DNA from: an uncultured Actinomycetes bacterium
GTDB taxonomy: Bacteria > Actinomycetota > Thermoleophilia > Gaiellales > Gaiellaceae
DNA length: 64,000 bases
Direction: 5' to 3'
Assembly: GCA_963838985.1 (NCBI GenBank)
Contig: CAWITF010000004.1
Span: forward strand, 76,280-140,279
The first letter of the stretch is position 1. Each line of letters starts with the position of its first letter. The position numbers and the translations under genes are program-made. Below, in pieces: positions 7,538-15,373 of this stretch. The notes under the pieces are model-generated. The model made no database searches, had not been told where the DNA came from, and saw nothing but the letters and a program-made list of their open reading frames with translations.

Positions 7538-9354
7538 GCTGGGCGTTGCCATTGCCGGTCGTGATTCCGCTGCTGGCGGCAGCGGTGTGCGCGTTCGGGA
7601 GTCATCTCTTTCCGCGCCGTGTGACCGACGCGATCGCGCTCGCGGCGGTGGCGGCGACCTGCGTATTCGCGGTTCTGATCGCGCTCGCGAGCATGACGCA
7701 CGAGGTCGTGCACTTCTACGGTGGCTGGCGGCCGCGGAGCGGCGTCGTCCTCGGGATCGCGTTCACGGCAGACCCGCTCGGCGCCGGCATGGCGGTGCTC
7801 ATCTCGCTGCTCGTGCTGTTGATGCTGGTCTACTCGCTCCGCTACCTGGCCGATGCAGGCCGCCCGTACAACGTGCTCGTGCTCGTGTTCTGCGGGGCCA
7901 TGTGCGGCTTCGCGCTCAGCGGCGACATCTTCAACATGTTCGTCTGGTTCGAGCTGATGGGCGTCGCCGCATACGCACTTGCGGGCTTCAAGATCGCGGA
8001 GCTCGGGCCGTTGCAGGGGTCGATCAACATGGCGGTGACGAACACCGTCGGCGCATACTTCATCCTGCTCGGGATCGCGCTGCTCTACGGGAGGACCGGC
8101 GCGCTCAACCTCGCTCAGATCGGGCGCACGCTCGCCGGGCAGAAGCCGAGCGGTCTCGTCGTCGTCGCGTTCACGCTGCTCGTCGTCGGGTTCCTGATCA
8201 AAGGTGCGATCGTCCCTTTCCATGCCTGGCTCGCCGATGCGCACGCCGTTGCGCCTGCGCCGGTGTGCGTGCTCTTCTCGGGCGTGATGGTCGAGCTCGG
8301 CCTGCTCGCCGTCGCGCGCATCTACTGGACGGTCTTCGACGCGCCGTTCGGGGCGCACCAACACGCGGTGCGGAACGTCCTGCTCGCGCTCGGGATCGCG
8401 AGCGCGCTGCTCGGCGCCGTCATGTGCTTTCTGCAGGCGCATCTCAAGCGGCTGCTCGCGTACTCCACGATCAGTCACGCGGGGGCGATGCTCGTCGGCA
8501 TCGCCGTCTTGAACACGAAGTCGCTCGCGGGCGTCGCGACGATGGTCGTCGCACACGGCCTGATCAAGGGCGCGCTCTTCCTCTGCTGCGGCGTGCTCCT
8601 CGCCGAACTGGGCGCAGTCGACGAGCTTCGGCTGCACGGAAAGGGCCGGACGCTGCCCGTGCTCGGAGGGCTCTTCGTGCTCGGCGCGGTCGGGCTGATG
8701 GGCTTACCGTACGTCGGGACGTATCTCGGTCACGCGCAGATCGACGAGGGCGCAACGCTGAACCACATCGAATGGGTGCAGCCGCTCCTGATGCTCGCGA
8801 CCGGTGTGTCGGCGGGCGCGATCCTGCGCGCCGGTCTCCGCGTCTTCGCCGGCTGGGGCGCGCGCGAGGACGGCCTGCTCACGCGCCAGCCGCGCGAGGA
8901 CTCGCCGCCGACGCTGCCGGGCAAAGGCCTGCTCGTCACCGTGACGGCCGTCATGCTCGCGCTCGGGCTTGCGATCAGCCTCGTGCCGGGGCTCGGGCAG
9001 CGTGCCGAGTACGGAGCCGAGCGCTTCCGGGATCGCGCGGCCTACGCCGAGCGCGTGCTGCACGGCAAGCCGATGAAGCAGACGGCGGCGCGCCTGCCGT
9101 TCGCAATCACGCCGACGGGGACAGCGAGCCGGCTCTACGGCCTCGCCGGCACGCTGCTCGCACTCGCCGTCGCGGCCTTCGGGCTCTGGCGGCACCGCAT
9201 CCCCGACGCGTGGCGCCGCGGGGCGGCACGGCTCGCAGGCCCGCCGATCGTCGTCCTCAAGGAGGCGCACAGCGGCGTGATCGGCGAGTACGTGCTGTGG
9301 ATCACCGTCGGCACCGCCCTCATCGGCGCGGTTTGGGCATTCACCCTGCGCTAG
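7534..9354 (+). CDS. mnhD: Mrp/Mnh antiporter subunit D (NuoN/NuoM-like proton-conducting membrane transporter), 606 aa
   Basis: ORF 7534..9354. Polytopic, with typical segments FELMGVAAYALAGF, PFHAWLADAHAVAPAPV and LLAYSTISHAG. ATGA overlap with the C gene. Confidence 0.85.
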   Translation: MSWALPLPVVIPLLAAAVCAFGSHLFPRRVTDAIALAAVAATCVFAVLIALASMTHEVVHFYGGWRPRSGVVLGIAFTADPLGAGMAVLISLLVLLMLVYSLRYLADAGRPYNVLVLVFCGAMCGFALSGDIFNMFVWFELMGVAAYALAGFKIAELGPLQGSINMAVTNTVGAYFILLGIALLYGRTGALNLAQIGRTLAGQKPSGLVVVAFTLLVVGFLIKGAIVPFHAWLADAHAVAPAPVCVLFSGVMVELGLLAVARIYWTVFDAPFGAHQHAVRNVLLALGIASALLGAVMCFLQAHLKRLLAYSTISHAGAMLVGIAVLNTKSLAGVATMVVAHGLIKGALFLCCGVLLAELGAVDELRLHGKGRTLPVLGGLFVLGAVGLMGLPYVGTYLGHAQIDEGATLNHIEWVQPLLMLATGVSAGAILRAGLRVFAGWGAREDGLLTRQPREDSPPTLPGKGLLVTVTAVMLALGLAISLVPGLGQRAEYGAERFRDRAAYAERVLHGKPMKQTAARLPFAITPTGTASRLYGLAGTLLALAVAAFGLWRHRIPDAWRRGAARLAGPPIVVLKEAHSGVIGEYVLWITVGTALIGAVWAFTLR

Positions 9355-9367
9355 TGACTACGCTGTA

Positions 9368-9988
9368 GTGGTGCACGTGCTGCTTGCAGTGCTCGCGATC
9401 GTCGCCTCGCCGCCGAACATGCCGAAGCTCGTGCTGACGCCGTCCCAGGTCGGCAGCGGGTACATCCTGCGGCCGCGCATGGACGGGTTCGGCGTCAAGA
9501 GCAACGCGACGCTCGATCTCTGCGGCCGCTCGGGCTATCCGAGCGAGAAGCTGCGTGTCGACCGCCTGCAGGTCGACTACGTGAAGCAGGGCGCGAAGGT
9601 CGGCCTTTCGAACGAGGTCGTCACGTACAAGCACGGCGGCGCCGCGCAGGCCATGCGCGAGGTGATTCGGCACGCCCGTACGTGCCCGCACACTCCGATC
9701 AATCCGGGGCCGGGTCTGCCGCCGCTCCGTTTCACGATGACCCTGCTGAAGGCCCCCGGGCTCCTCAAGGGGTACCTCTACGTGCGCGTGCGCGTGCAGG
9801 GGAAGGTGAAAGGCAAGAAGGTCGATCAGATCTCGTATGCCGTGTATCAGCGCCGCGGCGATGTGCTCTCGGGGACGTACAGCTTCGGAGCCAACACGAA
9901 GGCGCAGCAGCGATTCGCACTGCACGCGGCGCAGCAGAGCGCGCTGAACCTGCTCCGCGGCAAGGCGCTCGGCGGCCCAACCGCTTGA
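9368..9988 (+). CDS. Hypothetical protein with an N-terminal hydrophobic (signal-like) segment
   Basis: ORF 9368..9988. The composition is protein-like (K, Y, N present), unlike the Arg/Ala-rich spurious ORFs. No family recognised. Confidence 0.55.
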   Translation: MVHVLLAVLAIVASPPNMPKLVLTPSQVGSGYILRPRMDGFGVKSNATLDLCGRSGYPSEKLRVDRLQVDYVKQGAKVGLSNEVVTYKHGGAAQAMREVIRHARTCPHTPINPGPGLPPLRFTMTLLKAPGLLKGYLYVRVRVQGKVKGKKVDQISYAVYQRRGDVLSGTYSFGANTKAQQRFALHAAQQSALNLLRGKALGGPTA

Positions 9989-10015
9989 CCTCGTAGCTGC
10001 CGCTACCTTTCCGGC

Positions 10016-10384
10016 GTGGCGGAGGAGGAGCTCCAACTCGGTCGAGCCGGCATCGTCGAGCAGACGGACCCGCACACCGACGAAGAGATCTGGCAGGGCG
10101 AGGACGGCGAGAGCCATGCGGGCTGGTACTGCGTTGCGACCGATCCGTTCCCGTGCCCTGCACCTGGGTGTGGCTTCGTCGCCGAGTTCATGACCGCCGC
10201 GCACCTCGTGCTCGTGTGGCAGGAGCGCGACGACCCGAATCTGCTTCGTCACGCGCAGCGCGCGAAAGAGGTCGGACGGAACCCACGCGTGCTGTCGTAC
10301 GAGCTGCCGTTCGGGCCGAGCGCGTCGTACTACGCATGGGAGGCCGCAGGCCGGCCCGTGCACGGGATCCGCGGCAAGAAGTGA
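10016..10384 (+). CDS. Hypothetical small acidic protein with a Cys cluster (WYCVATDPFPCPAPGC)
   Basis: ORF 10016..10384. Protein-like composition. Its stop overlaps the GTG of the next gene (GTGA). Confidence 0.5.
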   Translation: MAEEELQLGRAGIVEQTDPHTDEEIWQGEDGESHAGWYCVATDPFPCPAPGCGFVAEFMTAAHLVLVWQERDDPNLLRHAQRAKEVGRNPRVLSYELPFGPSASYYAWEAAGRPVHGIRGKK

Positions 10385-11418
10385 TCGAACACCGCTTCGG
10401 CGGATCGTCTCCACTCTCACTCGGCGTCGAGGAGGAGGTGATGATCCTCGACGCGGAGACGTTCGCCCCGATTGCGGCGGTCGACGTCCTCGTTCGCGGC
10501 GCCGCCGAGCTCGAGCTGCCGGGCACGTTGAAGACGGAGCTGCACGCGTCGGTCGTCGAGCTCACGACCGGCATCTGCGAGTCCGTCGCGGAAGCGGTCG
10601 AGTCGCTGCGGGCGCTGCGCGCCGTCGCACAGTCGATCGCTAAGGATCACGGTCTAGTGATCGCGGCGGCCGGGGCGCATCCGACGGCGGCCCTCGATGC
10701 ACTGCCGATCGTGCAGGAGGACCGGTACCTGAAGATGACGCACCGGGTCGGGCGCGCGGCTCTGCGCCAGGGCGTCAACGGCCTGCACGTGCACGTCGGC
10801 GTCGAGAGCCCCGAGCGCTGCTGGGAGCGGCTCGAGTCCGTGCTCCCGTGGCTGCCGGTCGTGCTCGCGCTCTCGGTGAACTCGCCGCTCGTTCACGGGG
10901 AGTCGAGCGGCATGCTCTCGATTCGCGCGGGCATCCTCGCGGAGCTTCCGCGTGCAGCAGCTCCGCCGGTCTTCGCCGACTACGCAGGCTGGGAGGCGTG
11001 GGTCGAACGCCTCGTCGAGCTCGGCGTGATCGAGGATCACACGCGCATCTGGTGGGACATCCGCCCGAATCCACGGCTCGGCACGCTCGAGATCCGGATC
11101 TCGGACCAGCCGACGGCGCTCGAGCGAACGGCCATGCTCGTCGGGCTCATCCGGAAGCTCGTCGCGGAGGCGCCGACTGCGGTTGCCGACCGCGGCCACT
11201 ATCTCCAGAACCGCTGGGCCGCGGCGCGCGCAGGGCTCGACGCGGAGCTGATCCATCCGGACGGTGACCGGCTCGCCACTGCGCGCGAGCTCGCGCGGGA
11301 GCTCCTCGGCGAGGAGCCGCCCGAGCCGGAGGCGCACCTGCAGCTCGCGGCGCCGGACGTCGCAGCAGACATCGTTGCGCGCTCGCGAGTACATCCGTCC
11401 GGAAGTTCCGTGGCTTAA
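10381..11418 (+). CDS. Carboxylate-amine ligase, YbdK / glutamate-cysteine ligase family 2
   Basis: GTG at 10381 in ORF 10153..11418: VIEHRFGGSSPLSLGVEEEVMILD...TELHASVVELTTG...GLHVHVGV...IWWDIRPNPRLGTLEIRISD. Confidence 0.8.
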   Translation: MIEHRFGGSSPLSLGVEEEVMILDAETFAPIAAVDVLVRGAAELELPGTLKTELHASVVELTTGICESVAEAVESLRALRAVAQSIAKDHGLVIAAAGAHPTAALDALPIVQEDRYLKMTHRVGRAALRQGVNGLHVHVGVESPERCWERLESVLPWLPVVLALSVNSPLVHGESSGMLSIRAGILAELPRAAAPPVFADYAGWEAWVERLVELGVIEDHTRIWWDIRPNPRLGTLEIRISDQPTALERTAMLVGLIRKLVAEAPTAVADRGHYLQNRWAAARAGLDAELIHPDGDRLATARELARELLGEEPPEPEAHLQLAAPDVAADIVARSRVHPSGSSVA

Positions 11419-11457
11419 CCGGCGCCCGGCTCGGCGTTCGTGGCAAGGACGCAAGGA

Positions 11458-11483
11458 GCTCGGATAGCTGAAGCTATCCGAGC
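11458..11483 (+). terminator. Perfect 11-bp hairpin (GCTCGGATAGC TGAA GCTATCCGAGC) 40 nt after the ligase gene
   Basis: Read directly from the sequence. There is no U-tract, which is common in GC-rich genomes. Confidence 0.6.
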
Positions 11484-11562
11484 GACTGAGGACGCGGCCA
11501 CGGGCGGCGAGACGCCGCCGGGAAGCGGCCGAACTTTCGGATGGGTGTACTAACCTGAACGC

Positions 11563-11781
11563 ATGGCGACTGTGACGGAGACGATCCAGGTGAGCGGCAT
11601 CCGCTGCGAGCGCTGCGTCAACAGGCTCGCCGGCGCGCTCGGGGGGCATGACGGCCTCGAGGCGGCGAACGCGAATCTGATGGGCCAGGTCACGCTGAGC
11701 TGGGACGACGAGCGCACGTCGCGCGAGCAGCTGCTCGAGGCGATGTCGCAGGCCGGCTTCCGCGAGATCGCATTGGCCTGA
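11563..11781 (+). CDS. Heavy-metal-associated (HMA) domain protein, CopZ-like metallochaperone
   Basis: ORF 11563..11781. QVSGIRCERCVNRL carries the CxxC in the usual GMxCxxC position. 72 aa. Confidence 0.7.
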   Translation: MATVTETIQVSGIRCERCVNRLAGALGGHDGLEAANANLMGQVTLSWDDERTSREQLLEAMSQAGFREIALA

Positions 11782-11782
11782 C

Positions 11783-11808
11783 GGAATGCGCAGCGCGTCT
11801 CGCGCGTT
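11783..11808 (+). promoter_or_regulatory. SigR/SigH-type ECF promoter, GGAAT-N18-GTT, immediately upstream of the sigma gene
   Basis: GGAAT at 11783..11787, exactly 18 nt, then GTT at 11806..11808. The start codon at 11818 follows about 10 nt later, so the transcript would be leaderless or nearly so. Confidence 0.65.
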
Positions 11809-11817
11809 CAAGCCCTA

Positions 11818-12429
11818 ATGATGGCCAGTGGTACTGTGGCCCCGATGGCCGAAGCGCCTCCTGACGCAGAACGCATCGCAACGGAAGCACGCGACCGCGT
11901 GCGTTTCGAGGAGGATGCGCTCGCGCTCTCGGACCAGGTGTTTCGCGTCGCGCGGCATCTCGCGAACTCGCGTGACGAAGCCGAGGATCTCGTGCAGGAG
12001 ACCTACGCGCGTGCGTTCCGGAGCTGGCGCTCGTTTCAGCCCGGCACGAACCTGCGTGCGTGGCTGCTGCGCATCCTCACGAACTTGAACATCGATCGCG
12101 GCCGGCGGAGCCAGAGGGCGCCGCAGACGACCGCGCTCGAGGCGAACGACTACTACCTCTACGACAAGCTCGCGGCTTCCGACGACGGCGTGAGCGACGA
12201 GGAACGCGTTGTCGAGCGACTGTCACAGGACGACATCGTGTCGGCGCTCTCCGCGGTTCCTCACGATTTCCGGGACGTGATCGTGCTCGTGGACATCGGT
12301 GACTTCAGCTATCAGGACGCCGCGCAGATTCTCGACATCCCGATCGGCACGGTGATGTCGCGTCTGCACAGGGGTCGACGCATCCTGAAGCGTGAGCTTG
12401 CCGAGTCCGTTCTGGAGGATGCCTCATGA
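11818..12429 (+). CDS. ECF RNA polymerase sigma factor (sigma-70 regions 2 and 4), SigR/SigH-like
   Basis: ORF 11818..12429: DLVQETYARAFRSWRSFQPGTNLRAWLLRILTNLNIDRGRR (region 2) and SYQDAAQILDIPIGTVMSRLHRGRRILK (region 4). Confidence 0.85.
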   Translation: MMASGTVAPMAEAPPDAERIATEARDRVRFEEDALALSDQVFRVARHLANSRDEAEDLVQETYARAFRSWRSFQPGTNLRAWLLRILTNLNIDRGRRSQRAPQTTALEANDYYLYDKLAASDDGVSDEERVVERLSQDDIVSALSAVPHDFRDVIVLVDIGDFSYQDAAQILDIPIGTVMSRLHRGRRILKRELAESVLEDAS

Positions 12430-12668
12430 ACGATGCTCAGCAAGACCCCTGTGCGCACTGCGAAGAGATGATGCAGCCGTACCTCGATCACATCTTGACC
12501 GAGGCCGAGCGCGTCGAGGCGGAGCTTCACCTCGACGAGTGCGAGTGGTGCAGGCGCCGGTACCGGTTCGAGGAGAGCCTGCGCGTCTACGTGCGGCAGG
12601 TCGTGAGCGAGCCGATGTCGAGCGGGCTCAAGCAGAAGCTCGCGGCGCTGCGGATCCCGCTGAACTAG
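12426..12668 (+). CDS. rsrA: Zinc-binding anti-sigma factor (ZAS), RsrA-like
   Basis: ORF 12426..12668. Contains C9xxC12 and HLDECEWC (H-x3-C-x2-C). ATGA overlap with the sigma gene. Confidence 0.75.
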   Translation: MNDAQQDPCAHCEEMMQPYLDHILTEAERVEAELHLDECEWCRRRYRFEESLRVYVRQVVSEPMSSGLKQKLAALRIPLN

Positions 12669-12705
12669 CGTGCGTAGGCTCGACGGAGCACGCCAAGAGA
12701 GCGGA

Positions 12706-12726
12706 AGCACCGGCTTTGCCGGTGCT
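12706..12726. terminator. Hairpin AGCACCGGC TTT GCCGGTGCT between convergent genes
   Basis: 9-bp perfect stem, read directly from the sequence. Confidence 0.55.
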
Positions 12727-12734
12727 GGAGCGGG

Positions 12735-13424
12735 CTAGTTCCCGGGTCCGCGCTGCGGGCCGACGATCACGACGCAGCGGTGCGGGTCGCTGCCGCCGGG
12801 GAGCGGCTGGACCGGCACGTCGAGCTGCTTCGCGAGCCGCGTGCACACGGGCTCGCCGCCCGGTGGGTAGTACACCTCGGTCTGCAGGTAGTTGAAGCTC
12901 GACGCTCGTCCGACATGCGTGACGCGATACGACAGTGCCTGGATGCGGCTCGCGACGCTGCGCGTGAAGACGATGTCGCCGCTTCCGTTCAGGACGACGA
13001 CCTTGATCTCCCACGGAGCAGGCAGTGCCGCGGCGTTCGCGGCGGACGCGCTCGGCTTCGGCGAGCTGCGCGTCGCGAGCATCACTGTCACTCCGGCGGC
13101 GGCGAGCACGATCAGGAACGCGGCGAGGGCTGCGACGCGGCGCCATGGGCTCGCGGTGAGCGGCGGCGCCTCGAGGCCTGCGAGCTCGAGCGCTTCGCGG
13201 TGCTCGATGTCGAGCGCAGTCGCGACGAGGAGCGCCACGGTGAGCGCTCGGTCGGCGGTCGGGAAGCGGTAGAGGCGGCCCTCCTCGAGCCACTGCACCT
13301 CTTCGGGCGAGACGCTTGCGCGTCGCGCCGTCTCCTCGAGCGTCAGCTGGCGGTGCAGGCGCGCGTGGGCGAGCGGCGACTCGTCGACCGCGACGACTGC
13401 TTCGAGCGTGCGTGCGTGCTCCAT
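12735..13424 (-). CDS. Membrane protein with an N-terminal HTH (RodZ/XRE-like) and a C-terminal LytR_C-type domain
   Basis: ORF 12735..13424. LTLEETARRASVSPEEVQWLEEGR, then one TM helix, then IKVVVLNGSGDIVFTRSVASRIQALSYRV... Confidence 0.65.
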   Translation of the reverse strand: MEHARTLEAVVAVDESPLAHARLHRQLTLEETARRASVSPEEVQWLEEGRLYRFPTADRALTVALLVATALDIEHREALELAGLEAPPLTASPWRRVAALAAFLIVLAAAGVTVMLATRSSPKPSASAANAAALPAPWEIKVVVLNGSGDIVFTRSVASRIQALSYRVTHVGRASSFNYLQTEVYYPPGGEPVCTRLAKQLDVPVQPLPGGSDPHRCVVIVGPQRGPGN

Positions 13425-13471
13425 CCCGACTCTCTCCGTTCGGCGTCCTGCACCGTGACCCTGCCTTCAGC

Positions 13472-13975
13472 TCATCGGCGGAGATCGACGTCGCCTGGAG
13501 GGGTCAGGTCGTCGCAGGGGACGAGGCGGGCCGGGAGCGCGCGGGCGCCCTCGTCGGGGACGAGCGGCCACGCGCTGCGTGCGAGCAGCACGGGGTGGAG
13601 GCGGACGCCGCCGTAGCTCGCCGCGACAACGTCGCCGCCGTCGGCTCGCCACGACTCGACGACGCGGGCGACGGCGCGGGGATCGAGGTCGGGCCCATCG
13701 GCGAGGGCGACGATCGCGGCATCGCAGGTGTGCGGGAGCGCGGCGAGCCCGCAGCGGAGCGACGCGCCGGGCCCGCGCTCCCAGTCGGGGCAGTGCACGC
13801 TGTCGACCTGCACGCTCTCGATTGGCAGCTTGTGGGCGCCCGCGACGACGACGATGCCGTCGAGTGGGCTCCGCTCGAGCGCCGCGAGCACGCGCGGCAG
13901 CAGCTCGACCTGCTTCGGCGGATCGGTGCCGTATCGCGTCGACGCGCCGGCTGCGAGGACGACGCCGTAGATCAC
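13472..13975 (-). CDS. MobA/MocA-like nucleotidyltransferase (molybdenum cofactor cytidylyltransferase candidate)
   Basis: ORF 13472..13975. The N-terminus is VVLAAGASTRYG. It lies in the same strand block as the Cox-type molybdoenzyme genes. Confidence 0.7.
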   Translation of the reverse strand: MIYGVVLAAGASTRYGTDPPKQVELLPRVLAALERSPLDGIVVVAGAHKLPIESVQVDSVHCPDWERGPGASLRCGLAALPHTCDAAIVALADGPDLDPRAVARVVESWRADGGDVVAASYGGVRLHPVLLARSAWPLVPDEGARALPARLVPCDDLTPPGDVDLRR

Positions 13976-13988
13976 GAAGTCAGGTCGC

Positions 13989-14522
13989 TCAGCTGCAGCC
14001 GGCCAACGCCGCCCACCGCTGCTGCACGCGGGCGACGTAGGTGAGCGACTCGTCGTTCGGCGCCCCGCCCGCCCGGTCGACGGCGGTCGGGCCCGCGTTG
14101 TAGGCGGCGAGCGCGAGGTCGGTGCGCGAGAAGTGGTGCAGCATCTGCTCGAGGTAGCGCGCGCCCGCGAGCACGTTCGTCGACGGCTTGTCGACGTTCA
14201 GCCGCAGCTCCGCACCCGTTGACGGGATCACCTGCATCAGCCCGCGCGCGTCGGCTTTCGAGCGCGCGTTCGGCCGGAACTCCGACTCGACCTGCGCGAC
14301 CGCGACGAGCATCGAGAGCTGCAGCCCGCTGTCGCGCGCCGCGCGCACGAACGCCGGACGGAAGCGCTCGGGGATCGGGCAGCGCCCGCTCGGCGCCTCG
14401 TTCTTCGCGGGAATCGCGGGCAGGTGCGTCGCAGCAACGACCGCGTGCGACCGTGCCGCCGCCGCCGAGGCGACCGACGCAAGGCACGTGAGGACGAGGA
14501 GGACGCTGAGCCGCAGAGCCAT
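13989..14522 (-). CDS. Secreted lytic transglycosylase (SLT domain)
   Basis: Tail of ORF 13989..15137 from MALRLSVLLVLTCLASVASA (signal peptide). Motifs AVAQVESEFRPNARSKADARGLMQV and AAYNAGP. Confidence 0.8.
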   Translation of the reverse strand: MALRLSVLLVLTCLASVASAAAARSHAVVAATHLPAIPAKNEAPSGRCPIPERFRPAFVRAARDSGLQLSMLVAVAQVESEFRPNARSKADARGLMQVIPSTGAELRLNVDKPSTNVLAGARYLEQMLHHFSRTDLALAAYNAGPTAVDRAGGAPNDESLTYVARVQQRWAALAGCS

Positions 14523-14536
14523 TGAGCGGGGGATTC

Positions 14537-15373
14537 TACGGAGGATTCGAGCGCGATGGAGGCGCGCCTGACGAGCGCCTTCGCGACCGCCACTTTCCAG
14601 CCGGTGCGCGGCAGCGGCGTCGCCTCGTCGAGTGCCTCGGGAGAGGCCAGAAGCCAGGGAATCGGAGCCACACCGGCGAGCGCGATGCGGGTCTCGCCGC
14701 CGATCCGGGCGGCGGCGACCCCGACCTGCGGGAACGACCAGCGCTTGCGGTCCATCGCCTTCAGGTACGTGCTCGCCTCGACCGCGGGCAGCGCGAGCTC
14801 GAGGATCAGCTCGCCGGGCTCGAGCGCGACGACGTCGCGGTTGCCCTCGTCGGGCAGCCGGTAGAGCTCGGCGAGCGGGAACTCGCGGCGATTCGTCCTG
14901 ACGCGCGCGTCGAGCGCGAGCAGTGCCGCCGCGACGTCGGACGGATGGGCGGACGCGCAGTAGTCGTTCGCGAAGATCGCGTGCTCGCGGTGCTCGCCTT
15001 CGCGCGCGTGACAGCGGTCGCCGCCGTGCAGATGGCAGGGGTACTTGAGGCGCCAGTACCAGCACCGCGTCGCCTGCAGCAGGTTGCCGCCGACCGAGCT
15101 CATGTTCCGCAGCTGCGGAGATGCCGCGAGCCGGCACGCCTCGCGCAGGGCGTCCGGGATCGCGCTGCTGGCCTCGAGCTCGGCGAGCGTCGTCCCCGCG
15201 CCGATCACGTCGCCGCGAACGCCGCGCGGGACGATCCCGCGGATGTCGACGAGCGTGTCCGCCTCGAGGATCCCGTCGCGCAGGAGCGGGACGACCTCGG
15301 TCCCGCCGGCAAGTAACACGTTGTTACTTGCTCCGTCGAGCTCGGCGATGCTAGACGGCCGCAGGAGCTCCAC
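14537..15373 (-). CDS. FAD-binding medium subunit (CoxM/XdhB-like) of a xanthine-dehydrogenase-family enzyme; the 3' end is uncertain
   Basis: ORF 14237..15421 from GTG 15373: VELLRPSSIAEL...LLAGGTEVVPLL...MSSVGGNLLQATRCWY. The family-typical length suggests it ends near 14540-14570, but the open frame runs on to 14237 across the SLT gene. A frame error near 14545-14575 is possible. Confidence 0.7.
15309..15331. repeat. Copy 1 of a 23-nt A/T-rich palindrome family: GCAAGTAACA CGT TGTTACTTGC (perfect 10-bp arms)
   Basis: Read directly from the sequence. It lies 42-64 nt inside the coxM-like CDS and encodes ASNNVLL with atypical A/T-ending codons. Related copies are at 31675 and 53881. Confidence 0.8.

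Noticed and set aside
15309-15331. Assigning the 23-nt palindrome family to a known site class (parS, matS, HAIR, or a BldD box TNAC-N5-GTNA)
   Set aside because: parS, matS and HAIR have different half-sites or spacing. All three copies do fit TNAC-N5-GTNA, but that pattern specifies only six bases and cannot explain the much longer conservation. No assignment can be supported from sequence alone.
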